Notes: a model not told the origin generated them from the sequence alone. 64,000 nucleotides of DNA from an uncultured Acidobacteriota bacterium (GCA_963805975.1 CAWDVR010000003.1:480001-544000); one strand, 5' to 3'; shown: positions 40,445 to 50,290, counted from the stretch's first letter. Translations and numbers: made by a program.

Positions 40445-40465
40445 GGTCGGCGACTGGTCTAAATC

Positions 40466-40708
40466 ATGAAAACCATCGGCGCTTACGAAGCCAAGACTCA
40501 TCTCGCTCGCCTCCTCGAGGAGGTGGCCAGAGGAGAGCGTTTCGAGATCACCCGCCATCGGGTCCCTATCGCCGTGCTGGTCCCCCCTCCCGCGGCAAGC
40601 AAGGCAAGCCCGAAGAGCATCGTCGACGAGCTGCGTGCTTTTCGGCGCGGAGTGGCCACTGGTGGTGTGGCTCTGCGCGAGATGATCGAAGAAGGTAGGC
40701 GATTCTGA
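40466..40708 (+). CDS. Phd/YefM-type antitoxin
   Basis: MKTIGAYEAKTHLARLLEEVARGERFEITRH...MIEEGRR. Confidence 0.9.
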   Translation: MKTIGAYEAKTHLARLLEEVARGERFEITRHRVPIAVLVPPPAASKASPKSIVDELRAFRRGVATGGVALREMIEEGRRF

Positions 40709-40716
40709 GCCGCAGC

Positions 40717-41130
40717 GTGCTCGATTGCTCGGTGACCATGGCCTGGTGCTTCGAGGACGAGGCGTCTCCCGAGACGGACCAGGTCCTGGAGCAGGTGGCG
40801 CAGGACGGCGCACTGGTGCCGGCGATCTGGGCGCTCGAGGTCGTCAACGTCCTGGTCACTGCGGAGCGTCGTCGTCGGCTGACCGCGGCCCAGTCGAACC
40901 GATTCCTCGAGCTTCTCCGCAACCTCCCCATCTCGACCGACGAGCATCCGCTGAACGAGCGCGCCGAGGCCGTTCTCGCCGTGGCGAGAGAGCACGGGCT
41001 CTCCGCCTACGACGGCTGCTACCTGGAGCTGGCGGCGCGCAGTGGCCTGCCTTTGGCGACCCGCGACCAGCGCGTGCGGGCGGCCGCGAAAAGCCTGGGC
41101 GTCGAAGTGCTGGCTCGGCCTCCCGACTAG
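40717..41130 (+). CDS. vapC: PIN-domain toxin (VapC family)
   Basis: LDCSVTMAWCFEDE, LSAYDGCYLELA, LATRD; the start may be slightly upstream (40705). Confidence 0.9.
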   Translation: MLDCSVTMAWCFEDEASPETDQVLEQVAQDGALVPAIWALEVVNVLVTAERRRRLTAAQSNRFLELLRNLPISTDEHPLNERAEAVLAVAREHGLSAYDGCYLELAARSGLPLATRDQRVRAAAKSLGVEVLARPPD

Positions 41131-41221
41131 GGAACCTCCCGCGCGCCGATCTTGTTGCTTCCCCCCCTCGACATTTCCATGCTATAAAAGCATTAGACGG
41201 TCCTGCAGCCTGGAGGTGGGG

Positions 41222-42688
41222 ATGGGGGCAGCGAAGAATCGCGGCGCGGTGGGGAGGTTTCTCCGGTTTGGGTTGTTGTTCTCCTGTTGCCTCGCCTGGA
41301 GTGCCGCGAGGCCCGCTGCCGCAGGGCCCTGCACCAGCGGGCCCGCGTGCCAGTTCCTCACCTGCCGTTCTCCCGCCTTTGCCGCACCCAGCCCGCTCTG
41401 GGGTGAGATCCGACCGGCCGACACCGGCCAGCTCCCCAACTACCGCGACTCCACGAATTTCTCCGAGTTCTCGCATTCCCCGGGCCCGCAGTACGCCCAC
41501 TGGATGTCGCTCGACGTCGAGAACGGCTGGATCTTCACCGCCATCGATCAGGGGATCGAGATCTGGGACGCCCGGTCGAACCCGGGTAGCCCGAACCGGC
41601 TGGTGCAAGTGAGCCGGCCGGCGTTCCCGACCTGGTCGATAGAGCCCCACGATGGCATCCCGGTGCGGGACATCGATGCCCCCGACGGCGTCGACACGGT
41701 CGCCGCCGTCGGGCTCTCGGGCAACGGCGGCCTCGTGGTCTTCGACACCACCTCGAAGTCGAGCCCGGTGGCTCGCTACTCGGACGCGGGGCGCACCGCT
41801 GTCGAGGTCTACGCGACGCGTATCGCGGGCCGCGACTATGCGTTCGGCGCCACCATGGGCTCCGGCCTCCTGGCCTACGACCTCACTGCGGCGCGCTCCC
41901 TCTCCGGGGTCTGCATCGACGACACGCCCGCCCAGAACCGGTGCGGCGTGTACCGGGGGCGGCTGGGAAGCCGCCAGAACGTCCGCTACGTCGACGGCGT
42001 GGGAGACGCGAGCGGCAACCGCCACTGGGTGGCCGCCTCCTCCGGCGGACAGCTCGAGGGCCTGGAGGTCTGGGAGGTCTCGAACCCTTCGGCGCCGGTC
42101 CTCCAGATCGAGGCCCTGCCGCTCGAGTACGTCCACGGGGCGGCCCTGTGGCGGGTCGGCCAGAAGTACTACCTCGCGCTGCGCTCGGAGTCGGCGCTCG
42201 CCGTCGTTCCTTGGACCACGGCCCGTATCTACGATGTCTCCTGCCTGGCGAGCGGTTCCTGCAACGGCCTCGGTTCGCCGCTCTGGTCGCGCCACCTTCC
42301 GACGCGGGGCGACGACTACTTCGTGGTCGACTCGGAGAGCAACGGCCGCCCGTTTCTTTACTTCGGCAACTTCGATCAGTGCTCGGTGGGGATGGAGCTC
42401 GAGAACGAGTGGCTGCTCGACGTCTCCTGCCCGCGGGCACCGCGCGACCTCATGCCGCCGCCGGCGCTCGTCGACGGCCTCCTGAGCTCCTATTGGGGCT
42501 GGTACTACCGTTCGAACGTCACCGGCTTCAACCGCGTGGCACCCCGCATGGGGAAGTTCTACGGCTCCTACTTCTATCGTGCCGCGAACAGCATCTTCGA
42601 CGTCCACCAGCGCGTGGTCGATCCCGACGCCCTCTTCGCCGACGGTTTCGAGTGCGGCACGGCCCCCTGGACGGAGGTGGTTCCGTAG
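41222..42688 (+). CDS. Secreted Cys-rich beta-propeller-like (LVIVD-like) protein with a C-terminal FADGFE motif
   Basis: Signal peptide; GIEIWDARSNP, GLVVFDTT, GLEVWEVSNPSAP repeats; ends DALFADGFECGTAPW. Confidence 0.7.
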   Translation: MGAAKNRGAVGRFLRFGLLFSCCLAWSAARPAAAGPCTSGPACQFLTCRSPAFAAPSPLWGEIRPADTGQLPNYRDSTNFSEFSHSPGPQYAHWMSLDVENGWIFTAIDQGIEIWDARSNPGSPNRLVQVSRPAFPTWSIEPHDGIPVRDIDAPDGVDTVAAVGLSGNGGLVVFDTTSKSSPVARYSDAGRTAVEVYATRIAGRDYAFGATMGSGLLAYDLTAARSLSGVCIDDTPAQNRCGVYRGRLGSRQNVRYVDGVGDASGNRHWVAASSGGQLEGLEVWEVSNPSAPVLQIEALPLEYVHGAALWRVGQKYYLALRSESALAVVPWTTARIYDVSCLASGSCNGLGSPLWSRHLPTRGDDYFVVDSESNGRPFLYFGNFDQCSVGMELENEWLLDVSCPRAPRDLMPPPALVDGLLSSYWGWYYRSNVTGFNRVAPRMGKFYGSYFYRAANSIFDVHQRVVDPDALFADGFECGTAPWTEVVP

Positions 42689-42725
42689 CCCGGCATGGCC
42701 GGGACCGCGTGCTAGCATTCTCGGC

Positions 42726-43550
42726 GTGGTCGAGCCGCTCGCGATGGAGGACGCCTGCCCGCTCTGCGGCGGCCGGGGATGGGTCCTCACCGACGACGGC
42801 GGGGCGGGTACCGCCCTCGCCTGCGAGTGCCGCAAGCTGGGCCTGGGTCCGCGGCTGCTCGACGCCTCGGGACTTCCGCAACGCTACCGTCACTGCCGTT
42901 TCGACAGCTTCCGCACCGATCACTACGACGCGGCGGTGGCCGAGCAGCTCCTGCGGGCGCTCGCCGACAGCCGCGCCTACGTCGAGTCGTTCCTGGACGC
43001 GGCGGGCGCTCCCCGCGAGACCGGCCTGCTCTACATCGGCCCCACGGGCGTGGGCAAGACGCACCTCGCCGCGGCGGTCGCTCTCGAGCTCATCGAGCGC
43101 CGCCGGGTGCGGGTGAAGTTCGTCGAGTTCACGGACCTCCTGCACCAGATCCAGGCCACCTTCGAGCCGGGCTCGCCGGGCTCGAAGAGCGAGATCATGG
43201 ACAGCGTGATCGAGGCCGAGCTCCTGGTGCTCGACGAGCTGGGGGCGCAGAAGCCCACCGCCTGGGTGCAGGACGTGCTCTACCTGATCATCAACACCCG
43301 CTACTCCCGCCGCCGGCCGACGATCTTCACCACCAACTACCGCCTGGAGGCGGGCCGCACCGAGAGCAATCGGGAGATGCAGCTCGATCGCGGCGCCGCA
43401 CCCGCCGCCACCGGGCTCGAGAGCCTCGGCCACCGGCTGCAGGCGACCCTGGTCAGCCGCCTCTACGAGATGGCCAGGCCCATCGTCCTCGACGGCGTCG
43501 AGGACTTCCGGCGCACGGTTCGCAACCTGTCGCTCGCCAGCGCACGGTGA
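42726..43550 (+). CDS. DnaC/IstB-like AAA+ ATPase with an N-terminal Zn finger
   Basis: CPLC...CEC, GPTGVGKT, LLVLDELG, TIFTTN, SRLYEM. Alternative start ATG 42744. Confidence 0.85.
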   Translation: MVEPLAMEDACPLCGGRGWVLTDDGGAGTALACECRKLGLGPRLLDASGLPQRYRHCRFDSFRTDHYDAAVAEQLLRALADSRAYVESFLDAAGAPRETGLLYIGPTGVGKTHLAAAVALELIERRRVRVKFVEFTDLLHQIQATFEPGSPGSKSEIMDSVIEAELLVLDELGAQKPTAWVQDVLYLIINTRYSRRRPTIFTTNYRLEAGRTESNREMQLDRGAAPAATGLESLGHRLQATLVSRLYEMARPIVLDGVEDFRRTVRNLSLASAR

Positions 43551-45758
43551 GACGCTCGCTCGCCGGCTTCGCGGTCCTGGCGGTCGCTCTCGCCTGCACC
43601 GGCGGCGGCCGCACGCCTCCCCGTGCGACGACCCCGGCGCCGGTGCCTCCTCCTCCCGGGTCGAGGCCCAGGAGACGCCGCCCGAGAGCCCGGCCCCACC
43701 GGCGCCCGCGGCCCCGGCTCCGCCCGCGCAGCCGGAGAGCGAGCCGCCGCCGGGAGCGGTCGCCAACCCGCCCCCGGTGGCCGGCCCGGCCGCTGCCTTG
43801 CCCCAGCTTCCTCCCCGCATCCGCGTGGGCCTCAAGAGCGATCTTTCCTCGGTGGTGCTGCCGTGCTGCGAGGGCACCCTCTTTCTGGAGTATCCGGGCG
43901 TCAGTGAGCCGCTCTCCTCGCCGATCACGGTCGAGCCGGTGACGAGCGGCGGCGGCACCACCTGGCGACTGCAGGTCGCCGCCCTGCGGGACGAGGCACG
44001 GGCTCGGGAGCACGCGCGGGCGCTCTCGGTGCGGACCGGCCAGCCGGCCGAGGCCCACTTCGACGCCGGCGTCGACCTCTTCCGGGTGCGTCTCGGGCGC
44101 TATGCCACGCGCGAGGCCGCGGACGCGGCGCGGCGCCGGCTCCCGCCCGCCGAGGCGGCCGGGGCCTGGATCGTCGCCGAGGTCACCGACCTCGCCTCAC
44201 CGGCCCTGCGGGTGAAGCAGAACGCGCGCACTTTTCTGGTGCCCGGCCGCCGGCTCGCGGTCGCCGCCGCGGCCCCCGGCGCGGTGCGCGTCGACGGCCG
44301 GCGCTACCGCGACCGTGTGCTCGTCTATCTCAACGACCGCGGCACCCTGAACGTGATCAACGAGCTGCCGGTCGAGGAGTACCTGCGCGGCGTGGTGCCG
44401 AAGGAGATGGGGCCCGACCAGTACCCGCGCCTCGAGGCCCTCAAGGCGCAGGCGGTGGCCGCCCGCACCTATGCGCTGCGCAACCTCGGCCAGTTCGCGG
44501 CCGAGGGCTACGACCTCTGTGCCGGGCCTCGCTGCCAGGTGTACGGCGGCATGGACGTCGAGCACCCGTTCTCCGACCGCGCCATCGCCGAGACCGCGTA
44601 CCAGGTGCTACTCTACGACGGCGCCCTGGCCGACACCCTCTATACCGCCACCTGCGGCGGCCACACGGAGGACGTCGGCGTCGTCTTCCCGCTGCGCCAC
44701 GAGCCCTACCTGCGAGGCGTGCCCTGCATCGAGGCCGGCGCGGTACCGGTCTCCGGCTCGCTCGCCCCGGGGACGCCCTTTCCCCACGGCTTCACCCACG
44801 CACTGTTGCCCACGGGAGGCTCCGCCTCCCCGGGGGGGCTCGCGAGGCCGGCGCGCTCGCGGGGCGCCTGGTGCACTTGGCGGAGCTCGCCGGCCTGGCC
44901 GTGCCGGCGGACCGCCTGGCCTCGCTCGACCGCCGCGAGCTGGGGCGATACCTGCTCTCGCTCTTCGACCTGAAGCTCGACCGCACCTACCTGGCCGAGA
45001 GCGGCCTCCTCAGCGGGCGGCTCGACCAGCCGCTCTCCGAGGCCGAGACCGAGGAGCTGGTGCTGAAGCTGGCCGAGTCCCTGGAGGTGGTGCGAAAGGT
45101 CGAGGCGCGTTTCCTGTCGCGCACGGACGAGACCCTGCGGGTGGAGCAGGACCGGCGCGAGCAGATGTACTCGTTGCCGGCCCGCCTGCCGACGTTTCGC
45201 GTGCGGGGCTCGGCCGGCGGTGGTCTGGCAGGCCCGCCGCTGGCGGCCAACCTCTCGCTGGTGCCGGGAGACCGGCTCCGGCTCTACCTGCGGGGTGCGG
45301 AGCTGGCTGCCCTGGTGCAGGAGGTCGGCGCCGCTGAAGGCGCCTTCGACCGGGCGAGCAAGATGGCCTCGTGGAACCGTTTCAAGAGCGACGGCGAGAT
45401 CGCCGCGCGGGTGGAGGACGAGTTCCCCGGCTTCGGCTTCGCCAGCCTGGAAGTGCTGGACCGCGGCCGCTCGGGCCGGGTGGGAAGAATCCGCCTCCTG
45501 AGCCGGGGAGGGCGGAGCCAGGACGTCCAGGGCCTCGCCGTGCGCTGGCTGCTCGATCTGCCGGAGACCCTGTTCACCGCCCGCCGCCTCACCTCGGCGA
45601 AGGGGGCGAGCGGCTGGCAGTTCTCGGGCCGCGGCTGGGGCCATGGCGTGGGCCTCTGCCAGACGGGGAGCTACGGCCTCGCCGGCCGCGGGCTCTCCTA
45701 CCGCGAGATCCTGGCGCACTACTATCAGGGGTCGGAGCTGGCGCGGGTCCACCTCTAG
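43547..45758 (+). pseudogene. SpoIID/LytB-domain lipoprotein with a SPOR domain, split by two frameshifts (~43658, ~44835); possibly sequencing errors
   Basis: Lipobox-like ALAC; EEYLRGVVPKEM, EALKAQAVAARTYA, CQVYGG; GRGWGHGVGLCQ, EILAHYY; three consecutive frames. Confidence 0.8.
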
Positions 45759-45854
45759 TCTCCTGGCTTGCTGCCTCGACATATACTCGGCGCCGCGGTT
45801 CGGAGGCCCAGTTCAAGGGCCCTGGTCATCGCCATCCCTGGGAGGTCGTCTGTC

Positions 45855-47621
45855 ATGAGCTCGTCTGCACGCCTGTTTCTCCACGCCGCCGGGTTCGCTC
45901 TCTTGGCCGCGGTCTCGACGTTGCCCGCGGGCGCCGCGGAAGCGCCCTTCGGTCTCACTGCACCGTTGCGAGCCGGCGGGGCCGGTCTCGAGCTGCGGTC
46001 GAGCGCGCCGCCCCCGCTGCGCCTCGCCGAGCGGGCCGGCGTCGCCCCTCTGGCCGAGCTCCGCGCCGCCGCTGTCGCGGCGCAGAGCGAGCTCGGCGAG
46101 GTCACTCTCTGGAACCGCTCCCGCAAGCTCCCGGTACGCAACGGCTTTACCCGCGCACTGCCGGCGGCGCAGCTCGTGGAGCTGCTGCCGGCGCTCGCCA
46201 CCAAGGCGGGCGGCGAGCATGCCGGGGGCCGGTTCGAGCGGGCCGCGGATGGCGCGCTCGTCTGGGGAGCCGCGGTCAAGGTGGAAGGCGCGCACCGCCT
46301 CCGGCTCCACCTCTCCGACCTCGACCTGCCGGCCGAGACCCTGCTCTGGGTCTATGGCGCGGGCGAGGCCGTCGGTCCCTTCGGCATCGAGCTCGCGGGA
46401 CCGCAGGGCGATCTGTGGACGCCCTCGGTGGGGGGCGACACGATCCGGCTGGAAGTGAAGCTGCCGGCGGCGGTCGAAGCGCCGTGCTTCACTCTCGACA
46501 AGGTGTTGGAGCTCTTCGAGCTCACCGCCGACGGCTCACCGGCGACGGGCCCTGCTTTCGCCAAGGGGGCCGCCTGCCTCAACGACGCCCAGTGCGTGGG
46601 CGCCGGTGCGTTCGACGTCATCGATCTGGCGCAGCGCGGCGTGGCGGCGATCGAGTTCGTGGACGGTTTCTTCGGCCTGCTGTGCAGCGGCGGCCTGCTC
46701 AACGACGTCTCGGAGTCGGGGATCCCCTACTTCCTGACCGCCAACCACTGCTTCGACGAGCAGGCGTCGGCCTCGACCCTCGAGGCGTTCTGGGACTTCT
46801 TCACCCCCACCTGCAACGGCACGCCGCCCAACCCCGGCACCCTGCAGCGGAGCAACGGCTCGATCCTGCTCACCAGCTCGGCGCTCGCCGACTTCACCCT
46901 GGTGCGGCTCAACAACATCCCTGCGAGCCGCGTGTTCCTGGGATGGAACGCCAACGCGGTCGCCAACGGCACTCAGCTCCATCGGATCTCGCACCCGCTC
47001 GGTCTCCACCAGCACTACTCGACCACCCGCGTGGACAACGCGGCCGATGTCTGCGGCGGCGCGCCGCGGCCGAACTTCCTCTACGAGTCCTACCAGGGCC
47101 TGGCCAACGAAGGCGCCACCTTCGGCGGCAGCTCGGGAGCGCCCGCGATGCGCGCGGGCGGCGTGGTGGTGGGCCAGCTCACCGGCGCCTGCGGCCCCAA
47201 CCCGCAAGACGGCTGCGACGACTCGAACGCCGAGGTGGACGGCGCGTTCTCGGAGAGCTTCGATTCGATCGCGCCGTTCCTCACCGACACCGCGACACTC
47301 TTCAACGGCCGCTTCATCGTGCAGATGGACTGGCGCGCGAGCGCCGCCAACCCGTTCCAGCCGGCGCGGGTCCTTTCCTCCGGCTCCAACAGCGCCACCT
47401 TCTACTTCAACAACCCGGCCAACTCCGAGGTTCTGCTCAAGGTGCTCAATGCCTGTGCGCTCAACAACCGCTACTGGACCTTCTTCGCGGCGACCACCAA
47501 CGTGCAGTTCGAGATCACGGTGACGGACCTGCAGCGGGGAGTGACCAAGACCTACAGCAACCCACTGGGGAACGCCGCGGCACCGGTGCAGGACACCAAC
47601 GCCTTCGCGACCTGCCCGTAG
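45855..47621 (+). CDS. Secreted trypsin-like (lysyl endopeptidase-like) serine protease with a C-terminal ...FATCP domain
   Basis: Signal peptide; TANHC, DFTL, GSSGAP triad; C-terminal FYFNNPANSEVLLKVLNAC...QDTNAFATCP. Confidence 0.85.
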   Translation: MSSSARLFLHAAGFALLAAVSTLPAGAAEAPFGLTAPLRAGGAGLELRSSAPPPLRLAERAGVAPLAELRAAAVAAQSELGEVTLWNRSRKLPVRNGFTRALPAAQLVELLPALATKAGGEHAGGRFERAADGALVWGAAVKVEGAHRLRLHLSDLDLPAETLLWVYGAGEAVGPFGIELAGPQGDLWTPSVGGDTIRLEVKLPAAVEAPCFTLDKVLELFELTADGSPATGPAFAKGAACLNDAQCVGAGAFDVIDLAQRGVAAIEFVDGFFGLLCSGGLLNDVSESGIPYFLTANHCFDEQASASTLEAFWDFFTPTCNGTPPNPGTLQRSNGSILLTSSALADFTLVRLNNIPASRVFLGWNANAVANGTQLHRISHPLGLHQHYSTTRVDNAADVCGGAPRPNFLYESYQGLANEGATFGGSSGAPAMRAGGVVVGQLTGACGPNPQDGCDDSNAEVDGAFSESFDSIAPFLTDTATLFNGRFIVQMDWRASAANPFQPARVLSSGSNSATFYFNNPANSEVLLKVLNACALNNRYWTFFAATTNVQFEITVTDLQRGVTKTYSNPLGNAAAPVQDTNAFATCP

Positions 47622-47627
47622 ACAAGG

Positions 47628-47651
47628 CCGGCCGGACCCGTGCCGGCCGTC
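47628..47651 (+). repeat. Degenerate copy of the GGCCGG-N8-CCGGCCGTC REP between convergent genes
   Basis: ggccggacccgtgccggccgtc, same family as 25761-25786. Confidence 0.6.
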
Positions 47652-48410
47652 TTACCGTCGATCCCGGAGAAACGGCAGCTTCTCCCGCACCGCGGCCACC
47701 ACCGTCGGGTCGATCTCGGCGAGGAGCATGGTCTCACCGCCGGCCGCCGTCGCCAGCAGCTCGCCCAGGGGCGAGACGATGCGGCTGTCGCCCACGTAGG
47801 TGAGCGTGCCGCCCTCGCCCACCCGGTTGACGCCCACCACGTAGGCCTGGTTCTCGATCGCGCGGGCGGTGAGGAGCGCCGTCCAGTGGCGGCGGCGGGC
47901 CTCCGGCCAGTTGGCCACCACCAGGTACGCGTCGACCTCCGGCGCCAGGGCCCAGAGCTCGTCGGCGAAGCGCAGGTCGTAGCAGACGAAGAGGCCGAAG
48001 CGCACCCCCTCGATCTCGACCACCGTGCGCTCGCTGCCGGCGCCGTAGCTTTCGTGCTCACCGGCGTAGGTGAAGGGGTGGATCTTGCGGTAGCGGGTGA
48101 GCTCACCTCCCGGGCCGGCGACCACCAGGGTGTTGTAGGGCCGCGGGGCGCCGTCCGGCTGCTCGGGGAGCGAGCCCGCGACCCACAGGCCGTGCTCGGC
48201 CGCCTTTTGGCGTAGGAACGCGGTGCTCGTGCCCTCGGGCGGCTCGGCCACGCGCTCGGAGCGCATGGTGAAGCCGCAGGCGAACATCTCCGGGAGCACG
48301 GCGAGGCGGGCACCGGCCGCCGCGGCGACGGCCAGCCAGGGATCGAGGCGCCGGAAGTTGCCCTCCGGGTCCTCCCAAAGAATGTCCGTCTGGAGGGCGG
48401 CGACGCGCAT
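47652..48410 (-). CDS. Carbon-nitrogen hydrolase (omega-amidase YafV/MtnU-like)
   Basis: LPEMF, YRKIHPF, VCYDLRF, ANWP, ARAIENQ. Confidence 0.92.
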   Translation of the reverse strand: MRVAALQTDILWEDPEGNFRRLDPWLAVAAAAGARLAVLPEMFACGFTMRSERVAEPPEGTSTAFLRQKAAEHGLWVAGSLPEQPDGAPRPYNTLVVAGPGGELTRYRKIHPFTYAGEHESYGAGSERTVVEIEGVRFGLFVCYDLRFADELWALAPEVDAYLVVANWPEARRRHWTALLTARAIENQAYVVGVNRVGEGGTLTYVGDSRIVSPLGELLATAAGGETMLLAEIDPTVVAAVREKLPFLRDRR

Positions 48411-48434
48411 GCGGCTAACCTACCGCCCTTGCGG

Positions 48435-49637
48435 CTACAGCCGTTCCCTGAGCTTCGCGAGCCTGCGGATGGCCTCGTCGAGCACCGCGTCGTCCTTGCA
48501 GAAGGCGAAGCGCGCCAGGTGCTTGCCGTGCTCGGGGTGGATGTAGAACGAGCGCGGCGGCACGGCGGCGACGCCGTACTCTGCGGGCAGGAGGTTGCAG
48601 AACTCGACGTCGTCGTCGAAGCCCAGCGGGCGGATGTCGGCGAGCACGAAGTAGGTGCCGTCCGGCGGCTCGATGCCGAAGCCCGCCTCGGCGAGGCCGG
48701 CGCACAGCCGGTCGCGCCGTGCACGGTACTGGGCGACGGTGGTCTCGAAGTAGCTGTCGTCCGTGGTCAGGGCCACCGCCATCGCGTGCTGGAAAGGCGT
48801 CGCCTGGGAGAAGGTGATGAACTGGTGGGCCGTACGCAGGACGGCGCTGATCTCGGGCGGCGCCACGCTGTAGCCGATCTTCCAGCCCGTCAGGCTGAAG
48901 GTCTTGCCGGTCGAGGAGATGGTCACCGTGCGCTCGCGCATGCCGGGCAGCGCGGCGAGCGGCACGTGCTCACCCTCGTAGACCAGGTGCTCGTAGACCT
49001 CGTCGCAGATCGCCAGCAGGTCGTAGCGGCGGCAGACCGAGGCGATGTGCTCGAGCTCGGCGCGCGAGAAGACCTTGCCGGTCGGATTGTGCGGCGCGTT
49101 GAGCAGCAGGAGGCGCGTGCGCGGCGAGATCGCCGCTTCCAGCACTCGCGGGTCGTAGCCGAAACGGGGCTCGCGGGGGCCCGCCGAGGTGAGCGGAACG
49201 GCCTTGATCTCGGCGCCGGCCATTTGCGCACTGGCGAAATACGAGTCGTAGAACGGCTCGAAGAGGATCACCTCGTCGCCGGGGTCGACCAGGGCCTGGA
49301 AGGCGGCGAAGATCGCCTCGGTGGCGCCGGCGTAGACGGTGATCTCCTCCTCGGGGTCGTGCTCCAGCCCGTAGAAGCGCTTCTGGTGCGCGGCCACGGC
49401 GCGCGCCAGCTCCATCAGGCCGGAGGTGCGGCAGTACTGGTTCTTGCCGTTGCGGATGGCCGCGATGGCCGCGTCCTTGATGAAGTCCGGGCCGTCGAAG
49501 CCGGGGGTGCCCTGGCCCAGGTTGACGGCATTGTGGAGGGCGGCCAGGCGGTTGACCTCGGTGAAGACCGAGGTCCCCAGGCTGCGAACGCGGAAGGCTT
49601 CGCGGGTCTCCGGCGGCGCGACCTCGGCCAGGCTCAC
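48435..49637 (-). CDS. Class I/II aminotransferase (YbdL / glutamine transaminase-like)
   Basis: VNLGQGTP, PHNPTGKV, DEVY, STGKTFSLTGWKIG, RFAFCK. Confidence 0.92.
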   Translation of the reverse strand: MSLAEVAPPETREAFRVRSLGTSVFTEVNRLAALHNAVNLGQGTPGFDGPDFIKDAAIAAIRNGKNQYCRTSGLMELARAVAAHQKRFYGLEHDPEEEITVYAGATEAIFAAFQALVDPGDEVILFEPFYDSYFASAQMAGAEIKAVPLTSAGPREPRFGYDPRVLEAAISPRTRLLLLNAPHNPTGKVFSRAELEHIASVCRRYDLLAICDEVYEHLVYEGEHVPLAALPGMRERTVTISSTGKTFSLTGWKIGYSVAPPEISAVLRTAHQFITFSQATPFQHAMAVALTTDDSYFETTVAQYRARRDRLCAGLAEAGFGIEPPDGTYFVLADIRPLGFDDDVEFCNLLPAEYGVAAVPPRSFYIHPEHGKHLARFAFCKDDAVLDEAIRRLAKLRERL

Positions 49638-50203
49638 GGGTAGTCGTCCAGTTCGCGGTAGGGGAGCCCGCAGGGATAGAACAGGTTGAACACCGGCTGC
49701 TCGATGATCTCGGCGAAGTGCAGCAGGGTCGGCCCCACGGTCTCGAGCGGCGACTGGCCGGCCTCGACCTCCGCGTACTCGGCGGCCGAGAGGCCCATCG
49801 CAGCCGCCATCTCCTCGACGGTGCGGTGGCGGGGCAGCCCGTCCTGCACCTCCTGGCGCTTCTTGTAGTCGGCGAGGCCGAGCTTCAGCATCTGCGCCGC
49901 TTCCTCGGCGCGCACCGTCTGCTCCAGCCGCTTCTTCTTGAGCTGGGGACCGGCCTGGCCCGGCTGGCAGTCGGCGGACTTGCCGCTCTCGGCCAGCAGC
50001 CGCGAGGTGGGAACGCCGAGCTGGATGGCGGCCTGGGCCAGCTTGAAGCCCCACTCCTCGGCGGGGGAGGCGCCGGCCTCGAGGTTCGAGTAGTCCTCGC
50101 CGGACAGGCCGAGCTTCTCCGCCATCTCGTCGGCAGAGATCGCGGGGTGGCGGGAGAGCCCGCGCCCCTCGCGTTCTTTTCTGAGCACGTCGCCAAGCTT
50201 CAT
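49634..50203 (-). CDS. Protein with two XRE-type helix-turn-helix domains
   Basis: EMAEKLGLSGEDYSNLEAG.SP and EMAAAMGLSAAEYAEVEAG.SP; SD AAGGAG; overlaps the aminotransferase start. Confidence 0.75.
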   Translation of the reverse strand: MKLGDVLRKEREGRGLSRHPAISADEMAEKLGLSGEDYSNLEAGASPAEEWGFKLAQAAIQLGVPTSRLLAESGKSADCQPGQAGPQLKKKRLEQTVRAEEAAQMLKLGLADYKKRQEVQDGLPRHRTVEEMAAAMGLSAAEYAEVEAGQSPLETVGPTLLHFAEIIEQPVFNLFYPCGLPYRELDDYP

Positions 50204-50290
50204 TGTTGCGCTCCTTTGTCGAGCCGATACACCGATCCCGGCGTTCCGCCTCTAGAGTGCCTGGCGAGCGGCAGGCGTGACAAGCGCCGT

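Noticed and set aside
42726-43550. IS21 element or prophage replication module
   Set aside because: No IstA, terminal inverted repeats, integrase or phage genes nearby
41168-45786. Shared CTCGACAT motif upstream of two secreted-protein genes (~41168 and ~45775)
   Set aside because: An 8-mer containing the very frequent TCGA core; not distinguishable from chance with two instances
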